Numbered from the stretch's first letter, positions 48,842 to 56,730 are shown. The stretch: DNA of 64,000 nucleotides from a virus (IMGVR_UViG_3300017917_003521); one strand, 5' to 3'. The notes: generated by a model from the letters alone, not told the origin. Translations and numbers: made by a program.

Positions 48842-49618
48842 ATGAATTACAATCCGGTCAAACAAACAAAAAATTATGAAAAAAACAACACAACAGAGCC
48901 AACTTTTGCTGATATATATAATATAAATTATTCGGGTGAGCAATCACCATTAAAGGCAAAAAACGGCAATATTGAGGATGAACTAATGACTCCTCAACCA
49001 AAAAATGAACGGCAAATTATGGAATCGAAGGCGATTTTATTTAGCGAACAAGAAAAAATCTTTAGAGAAAGAACGGGTAAGGATTTCTCTACACTTTACA
49101 CAAAGTATTACCCAAAATTAGTTTATTTTACTTCAAAAATTACTAATGACCCTCAAAAAGCCGAAGACATCTCAACAGACTCATTCATGGCGGCTTTTGA
49201 AAAAATTGAGAAATATGAAAAAGAAAAATCTCAATTTTCTACCTGGCTATTTACAATAGCAAAAAACTTAGCACTTCAAGATCTTAAAAGCGAAAAGAAA
49301 ACTATGTCTCTTGACATTGAGTTTGATGATGAAGGTACAACTATGAAAGACTTTATCCAAGAAGAGGATAATGACAATCATTTACATGAAATTCATGCTA
49401 AAAAGGCTGAGATCATGAAAAGACACATATCAAACCTGAAAAGTCCATATCGTGATGTTATTGAAATGAGAGAGCTTAAAAGAATGTCATATAAAGATAT
49501 TTCTGATAAATTAAATCTTAACCTATCAACTGTAAAATCTCAAATTAGAAATGGAAGAGCTATATTAGTTCGTGAAACTAAGAAAGAGTTTGATGCAATT
49601 GATGAAATGCTAATGTAA
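48842..49618 (+). CDS. sigma-70 family (ECF-like) RNA polymerase sigma factor
   Basis: Region-2-like 'AEDISTDSFMAAFEKIEKY...FSTWLFTIAKN' and region-4 HTH 'MRELKRMSYKDISDKLNLNLSTVKSQIRNGRAIL'. Confidence 0.65.
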   Translation: MNYNPVKQTKNYEKNNTTEPTFADIYNINYSGEQSPLKAKNGNIEDELMTPQPKNERQIMESKAILFSEQEKIFRERTGKDFSTLYTKYYPKLVYFTSKITNDPQKAEDISTDSFMAAFEKIEKYEKEKSQFSTWLFTIAKNLALQDLKSEKKTMSLDIEFDDEGTTMKDFIQEEDNDNHLHEIHAKKAEIMKRHISNLKSPYRDVIEMRELKRMSYKDISDKLNLNLSTVKSQIRNGRAILVRETKKEFDAIDEMLM

Positions 49619-50932
49619 ATGAACATAGAATCTTTAGGAAGACAGGCTATAGAAAGAATCAAATCTGAATGGGGTTTACCACTACATGGATTTGTTGCTG
49701 GTGGTGCCATAGCAAACATTGTTTGGGAATTGGTATCCGGCAATAAAGCAATTGTAAATGATATTGATATCTTTGTATTTGATGGTTTTGAAGAAAAACT
49801 AGACACTGAAAAGAAGTCGTTATTCAACTATCAAGAAAAAGAAACAAAGTATTATGAGGATTATGGTGGAATGAATTTTAGTAATTACACCAAAGATTTT
49901 TATTCTATAGTCGAGTCTGAAAGAGATGAAATGTTTAACACTATTAGATACAAGTCAAATACATCAGACCCATCTTTAATCATTAAGTCATTTGACATTA
50001 ACGCAACTAGAATTGGCTATGATATTGATAATGATAAATTATACTGGACTTCTGAGTTTGAAGAGTTTTTAAAGACTGGTGAACTAATGGTTTCTAATTT
50101 AATGACACCATCACATACAGCTGTTCGTATAGCTAAAAAATCTAAAGAGTTAAAAGCTAAACTCGATGAGTTTGAATTTAAATTGCTTCAATATGCTCTT
50201 TCTTATCGTTTTATAGACAGAATTAAACTAAGATTCAGAGAAAGATATTTAGAAATGTGTAGAGAACACAAAGATATATTATCTAACTATTTTCAACTTT
50301 CAAGAGATTTAGAAGCCGAAGATTTTGTAAAACAAAAAACTGGAGAAGATGTGGAACTTTATTATCTAGTCTCAATTGATAGTGAAAAAGAAGTAAAAGA
50401 GGTTTCTTTAGTTGGTGATTTTGAAAAACTTGTTTACAATAGTTTACCAAAGATTTTTCAAGATGATAATCTTAATAGAATATTTAAGTCAACTGATTTT
50501 CTTTTTTATATGAGGAACATCTATAATAAAGAAAAAAATATTAAAGACTTATGGTCTAAGCTATACTATTTCTTTGATAATGTTCATTATATAGACAGAG
50601 AGATAAGTAACGAAGATATGGAATTACTTGAAAGGTTTTCTAAATATGCTCCTGACTCTATTGAAAATCTAAAAGGATTAAAGATGTCAGAACAAATTGA
50701 TATTATCAAAAAGTTTTTAGACACTTTTAAAGAGGATCCACTTATAGCAATTTCAATCTTAGAAAGTGTTAAAGTAGATAAAGATATTATACTCGATGAG
50801 CAAACAATGTTATTACTAGAGCTCTCTGTTAGAAAAAAGATTATTAATGATACAAGAGGTAAAGTTAATAAAATACTTAACATTGAAGAAGTTGTAGATA
50901 AAAACAATAGTAATAATATTTGGGAATTCTAA
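49619..50932 (+). CDS. hypothetical protein (437 aa)
   Basis: ORF whose start abuts the sigma-factor stop (TAAATG). Confidence 0.45.
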   Translation: MNIESLGRQAIERIKSEWGLPLHGFVAGGAIANIVWELVSGNKAIVNDIDIFVFDGFEEKLDTEKKSLFNYQEKETKYYEDYGGMNFSNYTKDFYSIVESERDEMFNTIRYKSNTSDPSLIIKSFDINATRIGYDIDNDKLYWTSEFEEFLKTGELMVSNLMTPSHTAVRIAKKSKELKAKLDEFEFKLLQYALSYRFIDRIKLRFRERYLEMCREHKDILSNYFQLSRDLEAEDFVKQKTGEDVELYYLVSIDSEKEVKEVSLVGDFEKLVYNSLPKIFQDDNLNRIFKSTDFLFYMRNIYNKEKNIKDLWSKLYYFFDNVHYIDREISNEDMELLERFSKYAPDSIENLKGLKMSEQIDIIKKFLDTFKEDPLIAISILESVKVDKDIILDEQTMLLLELSVRKKIINDTRGKVNKILNIEEVVDKNNSNNIWEF

Positions 50933-50976
50933 ACATTTATAGAAAAAGTTAATATAAAATAAAAAATAAAAAGAAT

Positions 50977-51300
50977 ATGGTATCATATATTACTGAATTG
51001 AATGAGAACAACTATGATGAATTTGTAAGTGAAGGCATTGTTCTTGTTGACGTTTGGGCCACATGGTGTGGACCTTGTAAGGCAATCGCTCCGATAATCG
51101 ATCAAATATCTAATGAATATTTAGGTAAAATTAAAGTTGGTAAATGCGATGCTGATGCTAACAGAGATAAAGTTATGTCATTAGGTGTTAGAAACATTCC
51201 AACTTTATTCCTTTACAAAGATGGTCAAATAGTTGACCAAATGAGCGGTGGTGGCGCTAAGTCTAAATTTACTGATTTTATTGATAAACATTTAGCTTAA
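50977..51300 (+). CDS. trxA: thioredoxin
   Basis: Active site 'WATWCGPCK' and a thioredoxin-fold cis-Pro motif. Confidence 0.85.
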   Translation: MVSYITELNENNYDEFVSEGIVLVDVWATWCGPCKAIAPIIDQISNEYLGKIKVGKCDADANRDKVMSLGVRNIPTLFLYKDGQIVDQMSGGGAKSKFTDFIDKHLA

Positions 51301-51872
51301 TGTTATCTTACCAAGATATTTTAAATCTTATTAAAGAATCTGATTTCACACTTGTTGGTTATACCTTCAAGGATGAAAGAATTAAAGATGAATTACTTTC
51401 TAATTTTAACTATGTTGAGATTGAAAAAGTCAATTCGTCTTTTTCTTTTAAATCATTTTTAAGAGACCTTAAACTAGAATCTTTATTAGAAAATAAGTCT
51501 GTAAAAAATCCAGAGTATATTCTTTTAGATATTAATAATATAAGATTTGAAGAAAAGGATAGTTTAGGTGGTAGACAAAGAGTTATTAGAAGTTTTGTTG
51601 AAAATCTTAGAAGTCAATTATATACAGATTATTCTGAATTTCCTGGAAGTTCTCAATTTAAAGTTATTCTAACATCTTCTTTATATAGAAGTGGTGTAAA
51701 TTCTAATAATGATGGTATTAATAATTTCAGTGGGGGAAGTGGTCCAATTTATTCTTCTGATTTAGCTTTGACTATAATTGATAATAAGATTACAATAATC
51801 AAGAATAGATTTGGCAACAATGGTGATGAAATAGTATATAAATTTCAAGAAAATTTAACTACATTTGCATAA
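51300..51872 (+). CDS. hypothetical protein
   Basis: 190-aa ORF. Confidence 0.4.
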   Translation: MLSYQDILNLIKESDFTLVGYTFKDERIKDELLSNFNYVEIEKVNSSFSFKSFLRDLKLESLLENKSVKNPEYILLDINNIRFEEKDSLGGRQRVIRSFVENLRSQLYTDYSEFPGSSQFKVILTSSLYRSGVNSNNDGINNFSGGSGPIYSSDLALTIIDNKITIIKNRFGNNGDEIVYKFQENLTTFA

Positions 51873-52306
51873 TGAAAATTACAACAAATAGAAAAGCATA
51901 TTACGAGTATTTTGTGTTGGAAGAATTCAACGCAGGAATTATGCTATTAGGTAGTGAAGTTAAATCTATTCGTGATGGTAACGTAACCATTACAGACTGT
52001 TTTGCTTATATTTCAAATGGTGAAATTTTCGTAAAGAATATGAAAGTTGCTAAATACAAACAAACTCATATTTTTGAAAAGCATGATGAAAATCGTGATA
52101 AAAAAATTCTTCTTAATAGAAAAGAGATAGATAAAATAGAAAAACTTTTACAAGATAAAGGTACAACTATGGTTCCTTTAGAAATATTTACCTCACATAA
52201 TAGAATCAAAGTTAAGATTGGTGTTGTAAAAGGCAAGAAGCTATACGATAAAAGAGAAACTATTAAAAAGAGAGATATCGAAAGAGAAATCCGCCGTAGC
52301 GTCTAA
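51872..52306 (+). CDS. smpB: SsrA-binding protein SmpB
   Basis: 'NRKAYYEYFVLEEFNAGIMLLGSEVKSIRDGNVTITDCFAYISNGEIFVKNMKVAKY' matches the SmpB N-terminal core, and the C-terminal basic tail is present. Confidence 0.75.
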   Translation: MKITTNRKAYYEYFVLEEFNAGIMLLGSEVKSIRDGNVTITDCFAYISNGEIFVKNMKVAKYKQTHIFEKHDENRDKKILLNRKEIDKIEKLLQDKGTTMVPLEIFTSHNRIKVKIGVVKGKKLYDKRETIKKRDIEREIRRSV

Positions 52307-52309
52307 TAT

Positions 52310-52678
52310 ATGCCTCGTAAACCAAAAGATATTGGTCCTTTATTGGATAAGTTAAGTAACTCATTTACTGAAGAAGATATACTCAGTTGTCTTATAGAAC
52401 TTGTAAAAGGTTACGAACCATATAAATATAGAGAGATTATTTATAATAATCCATATTATAAATCTTTAATACCTGATATACAGATTGATATAATTAATAA
52501 TTTAGAAGACGTTAAAAAATCAATAGTTAAAGAAATTGATCAGATTGAGTCAGAACTTAAAAAGATTGGAAACAAAGATTCATCTGAGCAACTAAAAAAT
52601 CTTAAAAAAGATTGTTTATCATTGATATATGAAATAGATGAAAGGAAAAAAGAAATAGAAATGTTATCTAAGTATTGA
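52310..52678 (+). CDS. hypothetical protein
   Basis: 122-aa ORF. Confidence 0.4.
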   Translation: MPRKPKDIGPLLDKLSNSFTEEDILSCLIELVKGYEPYKYREIIYNNPYYKSLIPDIQIDIINNLEDVKKSIVKEIDQIESELKKIGNKDSSEQLKNLKKDCLSLIYEIDERKKEIEMLSKY

Positions 52679-54292
52679 ATCTACATATCTTTCTAAGTCT
52701 TTAAGTTTTACCATATTCTCAGCTGTTCTCTTATCACCTTCCTCATATGAGTTAATATAGTATTGAATATCCTCTGGATAATGAAATTCATTTATAATAC
52801 TTCTTAAAGTTCCTGAAATTTCAAACTCATTAGTTCTTGATATTTTAAGAATAGACTCTAATTTTATAAGAATCATTCTTAAATCTTGAATTGTTTCAAT
52901 TTTCTGATTTTTTAAGTATGTTAATATTTTTTCACTTATTTTATTTACAGATTTAAATTGTTCTTTTATCTCAGGCGAATCACACTTTTCAATTAAAGAA
53001 ATACACTTTTGATATCTATTCGTGTAATCCATACTATTAGAATATAATCTTTTATATCTACTCTTAGCTTGTTCTAGATAGTACTTTTTATCTTCTATTA
53101 ATTCACTTCTAATAGAATTATATAAATTACCTAATATATACTCAGTTTCTTCTAAATTAGGTCTTGATTTGAATATAGAGATAAAGGCAAACTTACCACA
53201 AACATTCTTTATAATAATATTTTGCAAATCTTTAATTTCAGCAGTATCTATATTTATAGTTTTAGAAACAACTTGTGTTAAATATCTTTCTATATTTTGA
53301 CTCTTTATTTGCTCATCAGACATTAAACCTAAGGCGCCTTCCTTAGACTCTTCTCTTCCTTTTTTTGTCAAAGAAACAGGAGTTAATCCGGATTTTAATA
53401 AATCATCTATAGTTAAAACAACAGCAAAATCGGCTTTATCTATATCTTCGCTACTGCTAATTGACCAATCATAATCACTCCAACTTCCATAAGTAAATCT
53501 TGAATTTGATGGTAAGTTATAGTCTAAAGGATTTTCTGAATTTTCTTTTTTAACTTCTAAACCTTCTACCTCAATTGGCTCATCGGATGGTATATAGATG
53601 TGTAATTTATGATGGTCGCTACCTGGTGAATGAACACTATCAAGTGACCAAGAATATCTAAACTTATCACCATCTAACCACTCTCTCCAATTTACATTAT
53701 CTACATCATAATCTGGTTCTCCTCCACCTGCAACATTTTGAATAGCAAATATTTGACTTCCATCTCTCCAAAGTTTAGCCATTGCTAATCTACTCATATC
53801 ATCTGAATCATCTGAAAAAATACCAAAAATAATTTGACCGTGTCTTAAATCTTCGTAATTCTTTAATGGTTTTAATAAACCTGTTTTGACACCTAAATCA
53901 TTCTTAATATAATCTAACTCTTGTGAACTGAAAATATCACCACCACTTCTCCTTCTTCTATCCATTGACTCTCTGTAGTTTATAACTTTATTACCAGTGA
54001 CAGTGAATCCTAAATATCCTTTCTCTATTGAAAACCAAAATTTAAGACAGTATATACCTTTTGAGTTATTCACTTCTTCGGTATTTTTAAGTTTTAATGC
54101 CTTGAATCTATTTACATACTTAACATTTTCATCTTTTATATCACTGATAGGTATATCAAGTTCCTGTTGCATCTTTAATAGTTTATTCTTAAATCTATCA
54201 ACCGATTGTTTATCTACTTTAGTTTTAAGATACTTAATAACTTTAGAAATTGTAGATGACTCAAAAGCCTCGTATAATTTTAGATATTTCAT
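52664..54292 (-). CDS. hypothetical protein (542 aa), MKYLKLYEAFESS N-terminal family
   Basis: N-terminal family motif on a long ORF. Confidence 0.45.
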   Translation of the reverse strand: MKYLKLYEAFESSTISKVIKYLKTKVDKQSVDRFKNKLLKMQQELDIPISDIKDENVKYVNRFKALKLKNTEEVNNSKGIYCLKFWFSIEKGYLGFTVTGNKVINYRESMDRRRRSGGDIFSSQELDYIKNDLGVKTGLLKPLKNYEDLRHGQIIFGIFSDDSDDMSRLAMAKLWRDGSQIFAIQNVAGGGEPDYDVDNVNWREWLDGDKFRYSWSLDSVHSPGSDHHKLHIYIPSDEPIEVEGLEVKKENSENPLDYNLPSNSRFTYGSWSDYDWSISSSEDIDKADFAVVLTIDDLLKSGLTPVSLTKKGREESKEGALGLMSDEQIKSQNIERYLTQVVSKTINIDTAEIKDLQNIIIKNVCGKFAFISIFKSRPNLEETEYILGNLYNSIRSELIEDKKYYLEQAKSRYKRLYSNSMDYTNRYQKCISLIEKCDSPEIKEQFKSVNKISEKILTYLKNQKIETIQDLRMILIKLESILKISRTNEFEISGTLRSIINEFHYPEDIQYYINSYEEGDKRTAENMVKLKDLERYVDSILR

Positions 54293-54311
54293 ATCATATA
54301 TATTAAAAATT

Positions 54312-54344
54312 ATTTGGTAAAATAAAACTTTATTACTACTTTTG
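54312..54344 (+). promoter_or_regulatory. Bacteroidetes-type promoter, copy of conserved ~42-bp element ATTTGGTAAA...TACTTTTGTATAA
   Basis: TTTG 54313-54316 and TACTTTTG 54337-54344 with a 20-nt spacer. The first downstream CDS is about 450 nt away. Confidence 0.5.
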
Positions 54345-54797
54345 TATAAGAATTAACCAAGTCATTAAGATAAGAGTCTTCAAAAGACAAGCTTTTTGCT
54401 TCACAGTTATGATATAATGAATAAAGTGTGAGTCTTAATGAAATTATGGTAGTAAGTAGGTGACAAATAAGTTAACACCCTTGTTAAAAATCACTGAACT
54501 ACCTCGTATTAATATACTATGATAAAAATGAAGGGTGTAGATATGAAATCGAGTTGGTGATAAATATCTCAATAACTAATGAATAAACCCAACTCAAAGA
54601 AGATTTTACCGAGCAGAATGGTAACACTGCTCAACCAAGGCGATGAGCCATTAAAAGGTAATCCTAAGTGATGAGGTCACTAAAAGTCAAGTTCCAGGTT
54701 ACACATTGTAATTTGGGTAGAGGTTCTCGGATTCCGACCATTCTTGACAGAAGTTCCAAACTCTTCTTTTTAATTGAAATTTATTAAAAAACAAAAT

Positions 54798-55202
54798 ATG
54801 ACACTGAAAGAAAAAATTAATGCTGACTTTATGACAGCATTTAAGTCAAAGAACATGGTAGCAAAGAGTATCCTTTCTGTTGTAAAGGGTGAGATTCAAA
54901 CTGTTGAGAAAAACACTGGTTCAGATAATCTTTCAGATGCTGAGGTAACTAAGATCCTAACAAAAACTGTTAAGTCTCTTAAAGAAACTATTGCTCTGGC
55001 AAATGATGAAAAATCTAAACTTGAATTAGAAGTTCTTGAGGTATATCTACCAAAACAAATGTCCAAGGAAGAAGTTACTTCTAAGGTAAATGAGTTAGTT
55101 GGTTTAGGTATCACTCAAATCGGTGCTATTATGAAGGAGTTTGCTTCATTACCAGCTGATAAAAAAATGGTTTCAGAAGTTATCAAAGAAGTTATCAAAT
55201 AA
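54798..55202 (+). CDS. GatB/YqeY-domain protein
   Basis: 'MTLKEKINADFMTAFKSKNMVAKSILSVVKGEIQ' matches the YqeY N-terminus. The start is set at the internal ATG of track ORF 54774-55202. Confidence 0.55.
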   Translation: MTLKEKINADFMTAFKSKNMVAKSILSVVKGEIQTVEKNTGSDNLSDAEVTKILTKTVKSLKETIALANDEKSKLELEVLEVYLPKQMSKEEVTSKVNELVGLGITQIGAIMKEFASLPADKKMVSEVIKEVIK

Positions 55203-55238
55203 TTTGGTAACTTCTGATTTTATCCTTATATTTGATAT

Positions 55239-55490
55239 ATGGAAGAGAACAAAATCAAGAAGATATTAGTAGGAGTTTTAATTGTAATCTCTGCCTTTGC
55301 ATTTTACAATCTTTACTCAACAAGAGATTATAAACTAACTGTTTGTAATGGTTCAGGTATAACTTATATGGAAACTTTCATCTATTGTGATTCATTTGAA
55401 ATGGTTTCTACTAAAGAAGTTAAATTCTGGATTGACGGTAAAGAACAAACAGTTTTAGCAACTGATTGCGTTAGAGTTGAAACAAATTAA
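55239..55490 (+). CDS. small membrane protein
   Basis: TM helix 'ILVGVLIVISAFAFY'. Confidence 0.35.
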   Translation: MEENKIKKILVGVLIVISAFAFYNLYSTRDYKLTVCNGSGITYMETFIYCDSFEMVSTKEVKFWIDGKEQTVLATDCVRVETN

Positions 55491-55525
55491 GATATATTTT
55501 ATATAATATAAAAAAATTATAAAAT

Positions 55526-55738
55526 ATGCCTTATTTAAGAAACAATGGTGTGTACTCAAAAGAAGAGTATGTAGGTAAATCAATTGACGAAGCTAAAAAA
55601 TATGCCGAACAAGGCGGATTTACAATTAGAATAGTTGAAGAAGATGGTAAATCATTTATGTTAACAGCTGATGTTAAATCTGATAGACTGAACTTCAGAG
55701 TAACAGGTGGATATGTAACTGATGTCTACGGAGGATAA
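55526..55738 (+). CDS. small protein, possible I78-family peptidase-inhibitor-like
   Basis: 'GKSIDEAKKYAEQGGFTIRIVEEDGKSFMLTADVKSDRLNFRVTGGYVTDV' fits a weak I78 pattern. Confidence 0.3.
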   Translation: MPYLRNNGVYSKEEYVGKSIDEAKKYAEQGGFTIRIVEEDGKSFMLTADVKSDRLNFRVTGGYVTDVYGG

Positions 55739-55751
55739 AAAAAATAAAAAT

Positions 55752-55784
55752 ATTTGGTGAATTAAAAAAGACACCGTATATTTG
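55752..55784 (+). promoter_or_regulatory. Bacteroidetes-type promoter (TTTG ... TATATTTG)
   Basis: TTTG 55753-55756 and TATATTTG 55777-55784 with a 20-nt spacer. Same framework as the elements at 54312 and 55822. Confidence 0.45.
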
Positions 55785-55821
55785 TATAACAAAACAAGAA
55801 AATAAAAAAAATTCATATAAA

Positions 55822-55854
55822 ATTTGGTAAATTTAAAACTTTTTACTAATTTTG
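55822..55854 (+). promoter_or_regulatory. Bacteroidetes-type promoter (TTTG ... TAATTTTG), near-identical to element at 54312
   Basis: ATTTGGTAAATTTAAAACTTTTTACTAATTTTGTATAAA compared with ATTTGGTAAAATAAAACTTTATTACTACTTTTGTATAAG at 54312. Confidence 0.5.
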
Positions 55855-56028
55855 TATAAAATAAATCAAAAGAGACAAAAACTTTTTAATATATAAACAA
55901 ATGAGAACATTTAATACACATAAACATTTTAGTAAATCGAATAAGTGGTTTAGCAACCAGTTCGGTACTGAAAGTGTATTGCTCTCAAATAAGATGTAAC
56001 AAATCTATTTATACAAGACAATATTCAA

Positions 56029-56067
56029 AAGTCCGAACTTAACAAAAAGTTCGGACTTTTTTGTTTT
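56029..56067 (+). terminator. strong hairpin plus T-tract immediately upstream of first tRNA array
   Basis: AAGTCCGAACTT / AAGTTCGGACTT perfect 12-bp stem, 7-nt loop, then TTTTTTGTTTTATATGG. Confidence 0.55.
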
Positions 56068-56071
56068 ATAT

Positions 56072-56158
56072 GGTGTCGTTATTGTTAACGGAGAGTCGCA
56101 AGACGAGCATCTGGCTCTGTGAAAGCCAGGGTACGGGTTCGAATCCCGTACGACACCC
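56072..56158 (+). tRNA. aberrant tRNA-like gene (87 nt) with His-type GUG anticodon arm, encoded G-1:C73 and extra nucleotides in the D-region
   Basis: Hand fold. G-1 sits on the GTGTCGT/ACGACAC acceptor with discriminator C. The 3' two-thirds are perfect: TGGCT-CTGTGAA-AGCCA, then GGGT, then ACGGG-TTCGAAT-CCCGT. About 30 nt lie between the acceptor and anticodon stem, against about 20 in a canonical tRNA. Confidence 0.4.
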
Positions 56159-56164
56159 AAACAA

Positions 56165-56237
56165 GGAACCTAAGCTAATCAGGTGAAAGCACTGGACTGA
56201 AAATCCAGGGAGCCCGGATCGTTACCGGGAGGTTCCA
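56165..56237 (+). tRNA. tRNA-Phe(GAA)
   Basis: GGAACCT/AGGTTCC acceptor. Anticodon arm CTGGA-CTGAAAA-TCCAG, T-arm CCCGG-ATCGTTA-CCGGG. 73 nt. Confidence 0.65.
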
Positions 56238-56244
56238 CTAAAAT

Positions 56245-56318
56245 GGTGAATGTAGCTCAATCGGTAGAGCGTTGGTTTGTGGAGCCAAAGGCAGCGGGAT
56301 CGTAACCCGTCATTCACC
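56245..56318 (+). tRNA. tRNA-His(GUG) with encoded G-1
   Basis: G-1 then GTGAATG/CATTCAC, discriminator C. D-arm GCTC-AATCGGTA-GAGC. Anticodon arm TTGGT-TTGTGGA-GCCAA. Confidence 0.7.
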
Positions 56319-56323
56319 CAAAA

Positions 56324-56395
56324 GGAGACTTAGCTGAGACGGTTTAGCGTCTGGTTGAAGCCCAGAAGAGGTCGGTTCGATTCCGGCAGTCTCCA
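56324..56395 (+). tRNA. tRNA, anticodon GAA by hand fold (second Phe-like; G37)
   Basis: GGAGACT/AGTCTCC acceptor. Anticodon arm TCTGG-TTGAAGC-CCAGA, T-arm GTCGG-TTCGATT-CCGGC. 72 nt. Confidence 0.5.
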
Positions 56396-56401
56396 CAAAA
56401 T

Positions 56402-56483
56402 ACAGGTACTCATTGGTGTGACCAGCCGGTTCCAACCCGGTAATTCGTAAGAGTGGCTGTAGGTTCGAGTCCTACTACCTGTG
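56402..56483 (+). tRNA. aberrant tRNA-like gene (82 nt) with Trp-type CCA anticodon loop and 17-nt variable region
   Basis: ACAGGTA/TACCTGT acceptor. Anticodon arm CCGG-TTCCAAC-CCGG, T-arm GTAGG-TTCGAGT-CCTAC. The D-region is non-canonical. Confidence 0.4.
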
Positions 56484-56498
56484 CTAAAAGACAAACCT

Positions 56499-56569
56499 AC
56501 GGGTGTGGTGAAATGGTATCATGACGGTCTCCAAAACCGTTGTTCTTGGTTCGAGTCCAGGCACCCGTG
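56499..56569 (+). tRNA. tRNA-Trp(CCA)
   Basis: ACGGGTG/CACCCGT acceptor. Anticodon arm ACGGT-CTCCAAA-ACCGT, T-arm CTTGG-TTCGAGT-CCAGG. Confidence 0.65.
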
Positions 56570-56614
56570 CAAAATGATTAAGATGATGAAAACTAAGTTG
56601 AAATATAAACGCTA

Positions 56615-56645
56615 GGCAACGACCAAATGAATACGGGTCGTTGCC
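56615..56645 (+). repeat. perfect 10-bp-stem hairpin (GGCAACGACC / GGTCGTTGCC, 11-nt loop) inside tRNA array spacer
   Basis: Inverted repeat read directly from the sequence. It lies between tRNA-Trp and tRNA-Lys and has no T-tract on the + strand. Confidence 0.5.
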
Positions 56646-56657
56646 ATTAAAAACAAT

Positions 56658-56730
56658 GATTCCGTAGCTCAATTGGTGGAGCTTCCGGCTTTTAACCGGA
56701 AGGATGTGGGTTCGAGTCCCACCGGGATCA
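56658..56730 (+). tRNA. tRNA-Lys(UUU), canonical type I
   Basis: GATTCCG/CGGGATC acceptor, A73. D-arm GCTC-AATTGGTG-GAGC. Anticodon arm TCCGG-CTTTTAA-CCGGA, the same loop as E. coli tRNA-Lys. T-arm GTGGG-TTCGAGT-CCCAC. 73 nt. Confidence 0.8.

Noticed and set aside
54293-54797. Possible tmRNA gene partnering the phage SmpB
   Set aside because: I found no 5' GGGG... / 3' ...CCCC-ACCA acceptor pairing and no canonical T-arm. The only T-loop-like string, GGTTCTCGGATTCCGACC, does not fold. No tag ORF ending in Ala-Ala-stop was present.
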